A DNA stretch of 64,000 nt from Podarcis vaucheri. Taxonomy: Eukaryota. The stretch lies in assembly GCA_965113315.1 (NCBI GenBank), contig OZ220370.1; one strand, given 5' to 3'. Shown piece by piece: positions 24,053 through 36,914 of this stretch. A program made the position numbers and the translations under genes. The notes beneath the pieces are model-generated. The model did no database searches. It saw only the letters and a program-made list of their open reading frames with translations, and was not told the origin of the DNA. Position 1 is the first letter of the stretch; the number at the start of each line of letters is the position of its first letter.

Positions 24053-26503
24053 ATGGAGCCACATTTGTCCCGGCAACCCTCTTTCAAATGGCAAGTACTG
24101 GGTTTGTTTTTGCTGTTCAGCCGGGCGTTGGTTACAGGACAGATCCACTATGCCGTGGTGGAGGAATCGGAGCTGGGCACCGTGGTGGGAAAGGTGGCTC
24201 AGGACTTGGGCTTAACGGTGGCAGACCTTTCCCGTCGCAGGCTGAGGCTGGGCTCTGAGGAGAGCAAGAGGTACTTTGCAGTTAACTTGGCCAACGGTGC
24301 TCTGATAGTGAATGAAAAGATAGACCGAGAGACCCTGTGTGGAGCAAGCTCAGGGTGCATTTTGCCAGTCCAAGTAGTTATAGAAAATCCCTTGGAGCTC
24401 TTTCACCTGGAGGTAGAGATCCTGGACTTAAATGACAATTCCCCCGGTTTCCTCACCCCCAAGCTTGTGCTGAGGATAGCAGAGTCTGCCGCCACAGGGT
24501 CTCGCTTTCCGCTGGAGAGCGCTCATGATGCGGACGTGGGGACCAATGCAGTCAGTGTCTACCGACTCAGCCCCAACCCCCACTTCTCACTTAATGTAAA
24601 GAATGTGAACGATGGCAAGCTTTTACCTGAGCTGGTGCTAGAGCAACCTTTGGACCGAGAGCAACAATCGGAACACCAGCTCATCCTGACTGCCTGTGAT
24701 GGGGGGGACCCTGTACTGTCAGGAACAGCTCTGATCACCATTGTGGTCCTGGATAATAATGATAATGAGCCTGCATTTGACCTTCCTTTGTACAAGATAA
24801 GATTTTCGGAGAACATCCCTGTAGGCTCTTTGCTTTTCAGACTTAATGCAACCGACCCTGATGCAGGTTCCAATGGGGAAATACAGTATTCCTTTGGAAT
24901 CCACACACCTGATTCCATCCAGAAGTTGTTTGGCTTGGATCCCCACACAGGTGAGATCCGTGTCCAAGGAGTTGTGGATTTCGAAGAATCTCATTTTTAT
25001 GAGCTTCATGTAAGGGCCAGGGACAAGGGCATTCCTCAAATGGAAGGCCATTGTGTAATCCAAATGGAAGTTGAAGATGAGAACGACCACCCCCCAGAGG
25101 TTCTCCTTACCTCTCTGGTAAACCCCGTGCCAGAAAACACCCCTTTAGAGACAGTGGTAGGGCTTTTCAATGTGCGAGACCAAGATTCAGGTGCCAATGG
25201 AAAGGTGAGCTTACAAATATCACCAAACTTGCCCTTTAAAATTAAATCTTTTGAAAACCACTATTCTTTGATTACCTCTGAGAAACTGGATAGAGAAACA
25301 GTTTCTCGATACATTATCAAGTTGACGGCCCAAGATTCAGGGTCCCCACCTCTAACCACAGATGTCACCATCTTGCTGAACATTTCAGATGTTAATGACA
25401 ATGCCCCGTACTTCTCTCAGCCCTTCTACAACTCCTTCTTGAAGGAGAACAATCCACCTGGCTCTCTGCTATGCACTGTGGCGGCCTCTGACCCTGACGA
25501 GGGGGACAATTCCCGGCTCACGTACTCGGTGGCAGGAAGCCCCATTCAAGATGCTCCAGTCTCTTCTTTCATTTACGTCAACCCAGACAATGGGAATGTC
25601 TATGCCCAGCACTCTTTTGACTATGAAACGCTGCAGGTGCTGCAAATCCCCATCATGGTGCACGATGCTGGGTCACCCCAACTGAGCTCCAGTGTCACTG
25701 TCTACCTCTTCATAATGGATCAGAATGATAACACGCCTGTTGTTTTGCACCCAGTGACTGGTCGGGAACTGTCTGCAATCCAGAGGATCCCTCAGTCTGC
25801 ATCGGCAGGCTATGTGGTCACCAAAGTCACTGCCGTGGATGCAGACTCTGGCCACAATGCCTGGCTGTCTTACTCCTTGCTTTCCCAGTCTACTGACCCC
25901 TCCTTGTTCCGAGTGGCTCCCTACACTGGGGAAATCTGGACTGTTCGGGAGTTCCAGGAAACAGATCTCCCGGCACAGAAAATCCTTGTACTAGTGAAGG
26001 ACAATGGAGAACCGCCTTTGTCTACCACCGTCACCATCGTGGTCTCATTGGAGGATAAAGTAACTGAGGAAAGGCCCCAGTCTCGTGATTTCCTGACTCA
26101 CCCCAAAGAAAAATCTGACCTGACCCTCTATCTGATTATTGCGCTGGTGGCAGTTAGCATTGTGTCCCTCGTTACGTTCATCATCTTGTCTGCAAAATGC
26201 TTTCGGAATAAAAAAGCCAGGGGTTCTTCTTGCTGCAGCCTGAGTGGTGCTCCTGCCAGGGATGTTTTCAAACAATCCAGCCCTAAGCTTCAACTGAACT
26301 CAGATGGCACATTGAAATACATGGAGGTCACACTCAGGCCCACAGACTCCCAGAGCCAGGGCTATAGAGCCAGCTATTCTCCCGGCTCGGACAGAAGTGA
26401 TTTCACCTTTATGAGGCCTGTGGATTATCCTCAACCAAGTACTCTGACGAGAGACTTTGACACTTTCTTATCTCGTACTGATACACTGAACCATCCCAGG
26501 CAG
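24053..26503 (+). CDS. PCDHGC5: Protocadherin gamma-C5 variable exon (817 aa)
   Basis: gC5-diagnostic motifs KWQVL, VVEESE, LGSEE, TVVGLFNVRD, SDLTLYLI and KQSSP..Q..SDGTLKYMEVTLRPTDSQS. Donor CAG|GTGAGG at 26503/26504, phase 0. Confidence 0.93.
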
Positions 26504-27384
26504 GTGAGGTAGCATTTTGTCCTTTTTCTCCTTTCCCACATGAAACTGGTGTCTCCAGTAACACTTTGAAACTTGACTGAGGGCTGATTCATCGGTTATC
26601 GGAATAGGGTGGGGCCTCCTTCTTCATAACCTAACCCTGCACCACATAGTCATAACGCCTTGGGAAAGAGAGAGCAGGAGAGGGGGGGGAATTACATTGA
26701 TTTCTTCCCACAAATTGCTGCCTTTTAATGAGAGAAAGTGGGTAGGGGAGCAGGGACTGGAACTAGGATGTGAACAATAAGAAAATGATAATTTAAAATC
26801 ATCCTTCAAATGCTGCCTGTCACAAAGTTAGCTCTTCATATTTTTGCAACTGCTAAGTCCCCCCCCCCCATACAATTAGATTTCTTTCCCTGAGAAAAAC
26901 CAAGCACTCCCTTCAGTTTTTACATTGGAAGGGTGGAGTCTAAGGCTTCTGAAATACTGGTAAATAAAGCTAGATATTAATTTGGTAGCCTAGAAATAAC
27001 TAAAAGAGATTGATCTGGAAGCTTAGGATGGGGTAAGAGGAACTATTGTTTCCTAGAATTCATTGAATTATCTTTGTTCATAAAAATGACAAATCAGCTG
27101 TTCTGTTGTGGATGTAATACGTGAGGAGTCAGTGTGCTTTTAGAGCAAAGATTTCTTTGCAGCGTATGCTTCTAAGAGTCCTATAGCTAGCACAGAAGCC
27201 AAAACCAGACAAGATTTTGGGCTTTGTTTTCCATTGTCTGCCGTTTAGCCTGGTGTCTCTAGGTTAAAAACAGCAGGTTACGCGGTCCTTTTTCACACAG
27301 TAGCAACTTCCAGACTTGGATTGGTGCGTGTGTTGCTGTCCTGGGAAGGAGGCTGCTGATTGGATAAATAGAAAGGCAGTCTCA

Positions 27385-27394
27385 GCCAATGAGC
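27385..27394 (+). promoter_or_regulatory. CCAAT (NF-Y-type) box upstream of the fourth intact exon
   Basis: GCCAATGAGC, about 245 bp upstream of ATG 27630. Additional inverted ATTGG boxes at about 27320 and 27359. Confidence 0.45.
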
Positions 27395-27629
27395 AGGAGG
27401 TTAGCATTGAAGATCTGCGGTGTGTACCACTCCCCTCCTGTGTCAATCTCTCTCAAACCAAAACAATGAATGAGAGAGGTAAACACTGACCACAGACCCT
27501 TTTCCTCTCATATATTTCATATTTCTTCGAGATAGGTGGTGAATCCTCCAGAGGTTTAAAGAGATACTGCCTGCTATATTTAGCTCCTGTTTTGCAGTTT
27601 TAGAGCTTCCTGCTGTGGATTTCAGAAAG

Positions 27630-30068
27630 ATGCTCAGAACAGAAAACTCTGCCTGGCGTTTGGGACTCGTGCATGCCTTTGCCTTCTGTCTGTTTCTGAG
27701 TGACTGTTTTGCACAGATCCGTTACTCTGTCCCAGAGGAACTCACTCGAGGAGCCTTTGTAGGAAATGTTGCTAAGGACTTAGGAATGGATGTGACAAAG
27801 CTTGCAGCTGCCAATCTGCAGGTGCTTTCTGATTCTGACTCCCAGTACTTCTCTGTGAATGTGAACACTGGAATCATAATAGTCAATGACAGAATAGACA
27901 GGGAGCAGCTCTGTGGGCAGAACCTGCGCTGTTTCTTGCATCTCAAACTTGCTATTGAAAACCCAGTGGAGTTCTATCGCATCGAAGTGGAGATTCTGGA
28001 TATCAACGACAATGCGCCTGTGTTCTCAAGTAGCACAATATCTCTGCAGATCTATGAACTGGCTGCACTGGGTGCCCGTTTCCCCATCCCACACGCACAG
28101 GATTCAGATGTAGGAACTAACACTTTACAGACCTACCACCTGAGCGCCAATGAGAACTTCAACCTCAACGTCAAGGCACGTACAGATGGCACCAAATTCC
28201 CAGAGCTAGTACTGGAGAAACCCCTGGACAGGGAGCACATCGCTGTCCACCACTTGGTCCTGACAGCTGAAGATGGGGGCATATCCCCCAAATCTAGCGC
28301 TATTCGAATTGCTGTCCACATTCTGGATGCCAATGATAATCATCCGGTTTTTGACAAACCTACTTATTATACCCGCTTAGTAGAAAACTCTCCTCCAGGA
28401 ACCCTGGTGATTAAGCTGAACGCAACAGACTTGGACGAAGGGCCTAATGGAGAGGTTCAGTATTCCCTCAGCAGCCATAACTCAGAAGCCTTGCGCAGGA
28501 TATTTGCTATCAATGAGACTACGGGAGAGATCCGTGTCCAAGGGAGCCTGGATTTTGAAGAGGCTAATGTCTATGAGATCGAAGTGGAGGCTAAGGACAT
28601 GGGCTCCCCTACTATGGAGGAACACTGCAGTGTTATGGTAGAAGTCACGGATGTCAACGACAATGCACCTGAAGTTATTCTCACCTCTTTCTCCAGCTCT
28701 ATGGGTGAAGATGCGCCTCCTGGCACTGTAGTTGCTGTGATACATGTCAAGGATAGAGACTCTGGGGATCAAGGGAAAGTCCGGTGTGATCTGCCCAGAA
28801 ACCTTCCTTTCAAACTTCGGAAAGACTTTGAGCACCAGTATTCCTTGCTCACCAGCGAGCAGCTAGATCGTGAGAGCACTCCGCAATACAACGTCACCAT
28901 CTATGCCTTTGACCTGGGGAATCCACCTCTTTCTGAGCACACCTCTTTCTCCATAACTCTGGCAGATGTCAATGACAACCCACCTCATTTTGACAGGCCA
29001 TTTTATGAAGCCGTCATAGAAGAGAACAATCCAGTGGGGGTGGTACTGCTTAGAGTTTCTGCAACAGATTCTGATAAGGACCAGAACTCCCGTTTGTCTT
29101 ATTCTGTTTTGGCGAGCCCAGGGCAAGGATTGATTGAGGACATCACCTCTTATGTCTCCATCAACCCAACAAATGGAGATGTCTTTGCAGAGAGCCCTTT
29201 TGATTACGAGCATACGAATCATTTTCAGTTCCTGGTGGAGGCGTGTGATGGTGGCTCCCCTCCTCTCTGCAACAGAATCATGGTGCACATCTACCTCCTA
29301 GATCAGAATGACAATGCACCCTGGATTCGATTCCCCTTTACTGGGAAAGATTCTGTTGTGCAGTTCAGAATTCCACGATCTACTGCAGCCAATGCCTTAA
29401 TCACAAAAATTATGGCAGTGGACTTGGACTCTGGGCGAAATGCTTGGCTCTCTTACCATGTAGAGCAAGCCACAGACCCTGGTATTTTCAGCATGGCCCT
29501 CCGTAGCGGGGAGGTGAGGACCACGCGAGCATTACAGGACATAGACAATCCTACCCAGGACCTTGTCCTGGTTGTCAAAGACTCAGGTGATCCTTCCTTG
29601 TCCACCTCAGTCACTGTGATGGTGCTCTTGGAGGAGAGCAGCCCTGAAACCTTTCTGGGGTTAACAGCTCACTCAGTGGAAACTGAGGGACCTCCCACAT
29701 TGACTGTGTACCTTATCATCTCCTTGGCAGCAATTTCCACCATCTCGCTGATGGCTTTGGTGGCCTTGGGAGTTCGATGCCTCCGCCGTGATTCACGTGC
29801 AACATCTACCATCTTTGGATGCTGTGGAAGCAAAGCTGGTGGGCTTCAAGATGCTTCGGATCACGTGATGGGACATTGCCATTATCAGCTGAGCCCTGGA
29901 GATGCCATGATAGGAGTGCAAGTGGCCACTTCTGGACCCCCGGCCCGTAGATACAGATCCTGCTTTTCTCCTGTCTCAGACATTAGCGAATTTGTATTCA
30001 TGAAACCTAATCTGACACTTAGGACAGCTTCTTGCAGCAATCTCACTGAACCCAGCTTCTTTGGCAAG
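27630..30068 (+). CDS. Additional protocadherin gamma C-type variable exon (813 aa), downstream of gC5
   Basis: Intact signal peptide (..CFAQIRYSVPEE), six EC repeats, TM and the gC5-like cytoplasmic motif YRSCFSPVSDISEFVFMKP. Donor AAG|GTGAGA at 30068/30069, phase 0. Confidence 0.9.
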
Positions 30069-30549
30069 GTGAGAATTTTCCATGTAGTGTCCCTATTTTG
30101 TTCCAGCCATGGCACCACCTTTCTTTTCTTTTGAGTTTCCCTGCACCTAGGAGTGCCTGGGGTGGGGGTGAGGAATCAATGCGTGGTCTCAAGCATAGGC
30201 ATTGCACCTATCTGCTCCAAAGCTTTGTGTGCCTAATTTTCCTCTCTTTCTTTATGAGCGGGGGGAGGGGGAGGGGAGGGGGGAGGGGATTGAAGTGAAG
30301 AGGTTGCAGGAGGGTAGAGTAGCCCCCTCCCCCCTCCTGGAGTTACAGCTGCCGTCAGCATCTCACCCTGTCTGCGTTCTGCACCTTCGATTCCTGCTTT
30401 TCCACCAAGAGGGGCATCAAGGGAGCTCTTCTGGCCAATGGCTCCCTTGGGTCAGCCCTCCAAATCTCTCTGCTGCGCTGGGAAAGGAATGGGAAGCGCA
30501 GGGAGGGAAAACTGGTGGCAAGAGAGATTGGGGAGGGGGGAGCAGCTGG

Positions 30550-31430
30550 GTGTGTGTGCGTTTCGGGGAAGGGGCTTCTCTGCTGCTGCTGCTGCCGCCG
30601 CCGCCGCCGAGGAGGGAATTGCCGCTTGTCTGTATCCATTTCACAGCCCCTTTTCTCTGCTGCTCCTTTTGCCAATGAGCTGCTGCTGATCCGAGCGCTT
30701 TAAAATCCCCCCGCTCCCCCCTCCCGCCTCTCCAGCTGCAGCCCGCGCCTTTCCGCTGCACAGCACCTCTCAGGTCACCCCGGAGCCGCCAGGAGCAGAC
30801 CTGGGGGGCGGGGCGGGGGGCACCGGACTGCGGCGGGGTCCGGAGGCAGCAGCGGCCACCCCCGGGCTGGATACCTGGAGCAGAGGCAGCCGCTGGAGAC
30901 GGCCATCCTTGCGCGCAAAGGAGCCAGGCATGGGCGGCGGGCAGAGCTGGTCGTGGCAGCTGCTGGCGCTGGTGGCTGCCGTCTTGTCCCTGCCAGGGCT
31001 CATCCCCGCGCAGATTCGCTACTCCATCCCAGAGGACCGGGACCCAGGCTCTTCCGTGGGGAACGTGGCGAAGGACCTAGGCGTGGACGTGCGGAGCTTG
31101 TCCGCTCGCCGCCTGCAGCTGGTCAGCGACGGGATGCGCCACTACTTCCATGTCAACCTCGCCGACGGCATGTTGCTGGTCCACGAGAGGCTGGACCGCG
31201 AAGCTCTGTGCAGCTCCAGCCCCACGTGCTCCTTCCCTCTCCAGCTGGTGTTGGAGAACCCCCTGCAGCTACACCGGGTGGAGGTGGAGATCCTGGACGT
31301 GAACGACAACGCCCCCAAGTTCCCGAAAGACAGGGTTTCCTTGGAAATCACCGAAGTGGCCAACCCGGGCACCCGCTTGCGCCTGGAAGCCGCCGAAGAC
31401 CCGGACACGGGCTCCAACTCCATTGCCACC
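30550..31430. promoter_or_regulatory. CpG island promoter of the last variable exon, with CCAAT box and TATA-like TTTAAAA
   Basis: High CpG density. (CTG)5(CCG)5 at 30580-30609, GCCAATGAGC at 30671-30680, TTTAAAA at about 30699. Confidence 0.75.
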
Positions 31431-33365
31431 TATGAGCTTAGCCCAAGCGAACATTTTGCCTTGAGCATTAACGTCAGGGGGGACGGGGTCAAAATGCCCG
31501 AAATTGTGCTGGAGAAGCTTCTAGACAGGGAAAAAGCCGCTGTCCATCACTTAGTCCTGACAGCTCTGGATAGTGGGAATCCTGTTCAGTCTGGGACTGC
31601 CCAGGTGACAGTCCACGTCCTGGATGCAAATGACAACCCCCCTGTGTGTGACCCGCCAGTGTCCAAAGTTTATTTGGAGGAAAACGTCCAGGTGGGGACT
31701 GTTGTAACGAAGCTCAATGTTACGGACTTAGATGAAGGTCCCAATGGAGAGATGGAGTATTTCCTCAAAGCCAGCAATAGCGCACCTCTCAAGCTCCTTG
31801 ACTTGTTTAGCTTGGATCCCCAGACAGGGGAGATCAGGACCAAAGCTCTGCTGGACTACGAAGAAGCCAATGCTTACGAGATAGCTATCTACATAAAAGA
31901 CAAGGGGTCCCCTGCCATGGAGGGTCACTGCAACATCAGAGTAGAACTTGTTGATGTCAATGACAACCGCCCAGAGATTATGCTGACCTCCCTCTCTAGC
32001 CCAGTGCAAGAAGATGCACCCACGGGAACAGTCATTGCCCTGATCCAAGCAAAGGACAACGACTCTGAGGAAAATGGGCAAGTCCACTTGGAGATTACCA
32101 GGCACATCCCATTCAAACTGGTGTCTTCCTTTAAGGGACATTATTCACTGGTGACCAATGGGCCCCTGGACCGAGAGAAGGCTGCTGGATATAATATCAC
32201 AATTAAAGCAACAGATTCTGGAATGCCTCAAAAATCCACCCACAAAAACATATTTATTCAGGTCTCAGATGTTAATGACAATGCACCCACTTTCTCCATC
32301 CCTTCATACACTGCCCATGTGGAGGAAAATACTTCCCCTGGGACTCTAGTTTTTTCTCTGTCAGCCTCAGATCCGGATGCAGGTGTCAACTCCAAGCTGT
32401 CTTATTCCATTGTGGACAATGGAAATCATGGCTTACCCATTTCGACCTATTTCCACATCAACCAAGAGAATGGCAGCATTTACACATCCAGGATGCTTGA
32501 CTATGAGCAAGAGAAAGTCTTTCAAGTTGCAGTGGAGGTGAAGGATTCGGGTTTCCCACCCCTGAGCAGCACAGCCACTCTTCACTTGTTTGTTGTGGAC
32601 CAGAATGACAACGCCCCGGTGATTGTGCACCCGCAAGTCTCCAAGGGCTCTGCCTTTCACCAGCCAGTTCTGCTCCCGGTGGAACCTGGATTCCTGGTGA
32701 CCAAAGTGGTGGCTGTGGATGCCGACAGTGGCCACAATGCTTGGCTGTCATATAGTTTGCTTCAGGATGCCAATGAAGCCACCCCGTTCAAAGTGGAACG
32801 CCACTCAGGAGAGATCCGGGCTGTTCGGGCATTGAGGGAGCCTGGGGTGTCCCACAGGTTGGTGATAGAAGTAAGAGACAATGGAGTGCCGTCTCTCTCA
32901 GCCTCACTGGTTCTTGTGATTTCCTCAGAGGATAATGCTGTGCAGGACTTTTCCAAGTCCTTGGACCTTCTCCCCAAATCACCTTCCAGAGCCCCCAGCC
33001 TAACTCTCTACCTTATCATCTCTCTTGTGGCCATCTCTCTGGTCTCTTGTGTAATGTTGGTTATTGTGGGGGCCAGGTGCTTCAGATCTGGCCTCTGTGT
33101 CCCCAGCTGGTTCATGTCACACTGCTGTAGTAAGAGGACAGACAGGAAATCCACCATAAATTTCACTGGGCGCCCACATCCCGAAGGCTTTATCAGATAC
33201 CTTGAAGTGGGCGGAGCTGGAGCTCAGCACTACAAGTCTTGTCTCTCTCCAATGTCTGAACAGGGCGAATTCTTTTTTGTTAAACCTTTCAGTCATTCCA
33301 CTACAGCAGAAAGCATGCTTGCCTTTGAGCAGGCAGGCAGTGTTTTGCAGAGTCCCTCTGATGGG
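30930..33365 (+). CDS. Additional protocadherin gamma C-type variable exon (812 aa), last variable exon
   Basis: Intact signal peptide (..IPAQIRYSIPED), six EC repeats, TM and cytoplasmic YKSCLSPMSEQGEFFFVKP. Donor GGG|GTAAGA at 33365/33366, phase 0. Confidence 0.9.
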
Positions 33366-35844
33366 GTAAGATACACTAAAGTGATTCTTAAAACATTTCT
33401 GCTTGCAATCCATAAATCCATATTTATCTACCATATTTATCTACCATAGACTTCCATCTGCTAGGTGTAAAGAGGTAAATGAGGTGTGTATGCATGCGTG
33501 TGTATGTTGTGGAGGGTGACATCCCGGGGTTCCTTCATTTTGCAGCTGTTATGCTTTTTACAAGGTGCATGTAGGGCTTTCATTTCTTTCCATGCTACAC
33601 TCTCTCCAGCTGCCTCCCCCCACCCCACGATGTTCTGTGGTAAATTGGGGTGAGAGGAGAATGCATGTGCAGTGGTTGCTCTTGACTGGGATTCCTGGGA
33701 ATATGATTAAAGGGTGGTATAATAAAACAAATATATAGGGTGGTAATCCAACACATGCATCCAATCCGTGCAAGGATTTCTGCTTGTGAAATGGGGTCTG
33801 CCCCCTTCCCTCCCCCATTCTTACTCTCCACATGCTCCACAAACTCTCCCCAAATCTGCTCCAGAGAGTTGAGGAACCTCCAGACAGAGTTAGGTGTCAC
33901 AGCAGGAGGGGGAGGGGGGAGGCAAGAGGCAAGAGGAGTCCTGTTGTGCAAGAGGAAACCCATGCACTGATGGGACGTTTAGGTAGCCCTATGCTGGACA
34001 TAAGTTCAGGTGGATCCACAGTCCTGTTTGGGTTGCTACTGTTGCTTGTCAGTTAGGCTTTTTAAAACTCAGTAGAATTATTATTATGCCACCCGTGTGC
34101 ACAGCACTTTACAGAGTAAAGAAGAGCACAAGCCATGGCCCTGCCACAAGCAGCTCTCGACCTAAATGTAGTCAGAGAAAAGGGGGAGGCAAGTTTAGCG
34201 AAGGATGAATGAGAGCAGATGCAGCTACAAACGAGCTCTGTTCCAGACCTTCTCTACATGTGCAGCAAACATTTGGGGAAGAAGCCAGATCTGAACAGAC
34301 TTTGACTCCACTCTCATCTCGGCTGGAGAGGAAAGCCAGAGGTTGAAACCAAAGGCTTTATGGAAGAAGTTAGTTCTGAGCAGAGGTTCAAAGAGACTGA
34401 AATGGGACCACATGGGTGTATATGTTGAGGCATCTTTAGCTGCATCGTTTTGCACATATGTGCTTAATGGATCCTTTAGCAAAAGAGACTGTGATGGTGG
34501 TGGTGAGGAGATGGGTCAAAAGGTGAGGGTTGCTGGATTCATTTTAAAAAGTACTCCCTACTCACCTCACTGCTACCATTATCAGAGTTCTGTAAAACTG
34601 TCAGGCAAATCCAGATCTATCACCATCTTAAAGTAATATTGTGGAAAAACTGTGAAGCTGCTAGTGTTACTTTGCCATTTTGAGCATGTTTTAATTTTGA
34701 CATGTTGCGTCAGTGGTCTTTGCCCCAAAAGCAGCCTGCAAGCGTTTAAAACAAGTACGTCCTATAAATACATGATTCAGTGACATCACAGTTACACTTA
34801 AGTAGCACCTTAGGGGAAACATCTCATGACCATTCACTGGGAAGTTCTTCTGTGTAAGTCCCATTGAAGTGAATGGGCATTTCAGTGCACAGGAGGGCAT
34901 CATCAAGCCCTTTCCATAAGAGTGGAAGGAGCTAGGAGTGACTGCAAATGAGACGGTATATTTTTAACTGAATTACTTGGATGTGTTATAATGTGAGCAA
35001 GAATACATTTTAAAATATAAATTAAAAAATAGAAAAAAATGAAAAAATTCCCATTGGTAACACAAGGGACAGGAAGCAGTGAGCCCTTGGTGAAAGGGGC
35101 AGGCTCAGCTTATTTAAGAAAAAGCAACAACACAAAATTTACATATCAGTAATTTTAACAAACTGTTCTTACTTCATTTTTGCTTCTTTCCTGCTTCTAA
35201 ATTTTGCTGGCGCTATGAAGATACTATGTGCAGAAAGAATGCAGTATTTTGCAACACATGACACTCTGTTTTGCAATCCTTATCGTACACAGCTTTCACA
35301 TTCCAGCTTTTGCCACCTCGTAAAGAAATATAGCTGAAATTTGAGCTTTTTGAGACTTGGGGACATGAACTTAACCATTTTAGGAATGTCTAAATCCACA
35401 TTTAGAAACTTAAATAAACAGGTGCCTTTTTCTAAACTTCAGAAAAACCACAGGTTGTGTGTGAGGGGTTTTTTTAATTCAGTGTGTGCTGAAGATGCTC
35501 AAAATATATTTAAAGAACTGCCTGTATTTAGGTGTTTAAATTTAGGATTCAAGGTTTGATTATTGTAGCCTCTGGCTCTGCAAATTATAGAAGCAACTGA
35601 GGAAGTAAGTGTTCACAATGAATAACTCAAAGGAGGAGGCTTGTTTCTGCATATTTAGTCTGCAGAGAAATATATGTATATTTATACATGCTATATACTG
35701 TCATATATGATAATTTTACACATACACATACATAAATAGATTTACAAACTTGTTTAACTGACACAAGTAGTATATTTTAATCCTCTAGTGTTTACAGGTC
35801 AATAATCAGAAAAGCTGGAATCCTATTGTAGTAGGACACATTGT

Positions 35845-35930
35845 CTCAACCCTAGCTTTGTCTACTCAGAAATGAGTCCTATTGGATTTAATTGGGCTTA
35901 CTCTCAGGCAAGTGGGGTTTGGATTGCAGG
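35845..35930. repeat. Short palindromic squamate interspersed repeat (MITE-like); related copies near 1588, 34855, 44492 and 60500
   Basis: Recurrent imperfect hairpin core of the type GTAAGTCCCATTGA..TCAATGGGRCTTAC. Confidence 0.5.
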
Positions 35931-36855
35931 CATATAGTTTTTTATTTGCAGGATCCTAGGAGTCCAGATTCACCTGAATCAATTCTAATTTTGACGTTGC
36001 TTGAATAAGATGTCGATTACACCCTTGTATCCTGATCTTAAAACATGTCTGTCCATTTTGTTTAAGGAAAAAACACATAAACAACGGTTCGGGTGCAAAT
36101 CTCTCTAATGGTGTGGAATATTATTACTGAAGGATTAATGGAGGAGACTGACAGGATATCTGGAGTTTTGCAGCATGCATCAACCACACTGTGTCTTTCA
36201 GCTGTGATCACAAAGAGCCATTCAGACATGCTGCTCATAGTGGCATTTTATGTACTCCTTTATTTACAAAATGTCCATTGTTCTAATAATACAACAATGT
36301 GGGTGGAAAGTAATACATGGCTCAGTCTATTCTGATATAGTGTCTTCTGTTGCGCCTTCAAAGAAATCATTATTGTTGTGGGAAATGGAATTTTTAATCT
36401 CAGTGGGCGAAAAAGATTGCAAAGCTCCAAAGATCAAAGGAAACAGAAGACATTAAATCAAAGCCCTAACACTGACCTGTTTCAGAAAAGATTATAAATT
36501 AGGAAATTCTATTAGCATTTCAGATGTTGGTATTCTCTCAGTACCAATTAATTCTGTTCTTCTCCCCCCCAAAAAAAAAAAATATTCCTGATGTTCTGGT
36601 GTTCTCCGGTTTAAATGATGCCCCTTCAAGCTTATTTCATGCTTCATTTATTCATGGATAGTTTCTGACTGTCTTATCTTCTACAAGATTATTTAGATTA
36701 CTTTCTTATCATGTTAACCAATCACGCTTCTTTAGAAGTATTTTGGAACATATAATGGTGTTCTCTGCTTGTGTGTGCATGTGTGTGTATATTTAATAGC
36801 TGAGCTTCATTTTAGGAATAGAAGCATTAAACCTCTCTTTGTGTTTCTCTTGCAG

Positions 36856-36914
36856 CAAGCACAACCTAACACAGACTGGCGTTTCTCTCAGGCCCAGAGA
36901 CCAGGAACCAGTGG
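36856..36914 (+). CDS. PCDHG: PCDHG constant exon 1 (59 bp; [20 protein letters not shown])
   Basis: Polypyrimidine tract and TTGCAG acceptor, GG|GTGAGT donor. Peptide and length match the gamma constant exon 1. Confidence 0.95.

Noticed and set aside
9673-33449. ORF-track boundaries for the five large ORFs
   Set aside because: Four start at upstream TTG/GTG codons and all run past the GT donors. True starts are taken as the ATG before each signal peptide, and true ends as the phase-0 donors.
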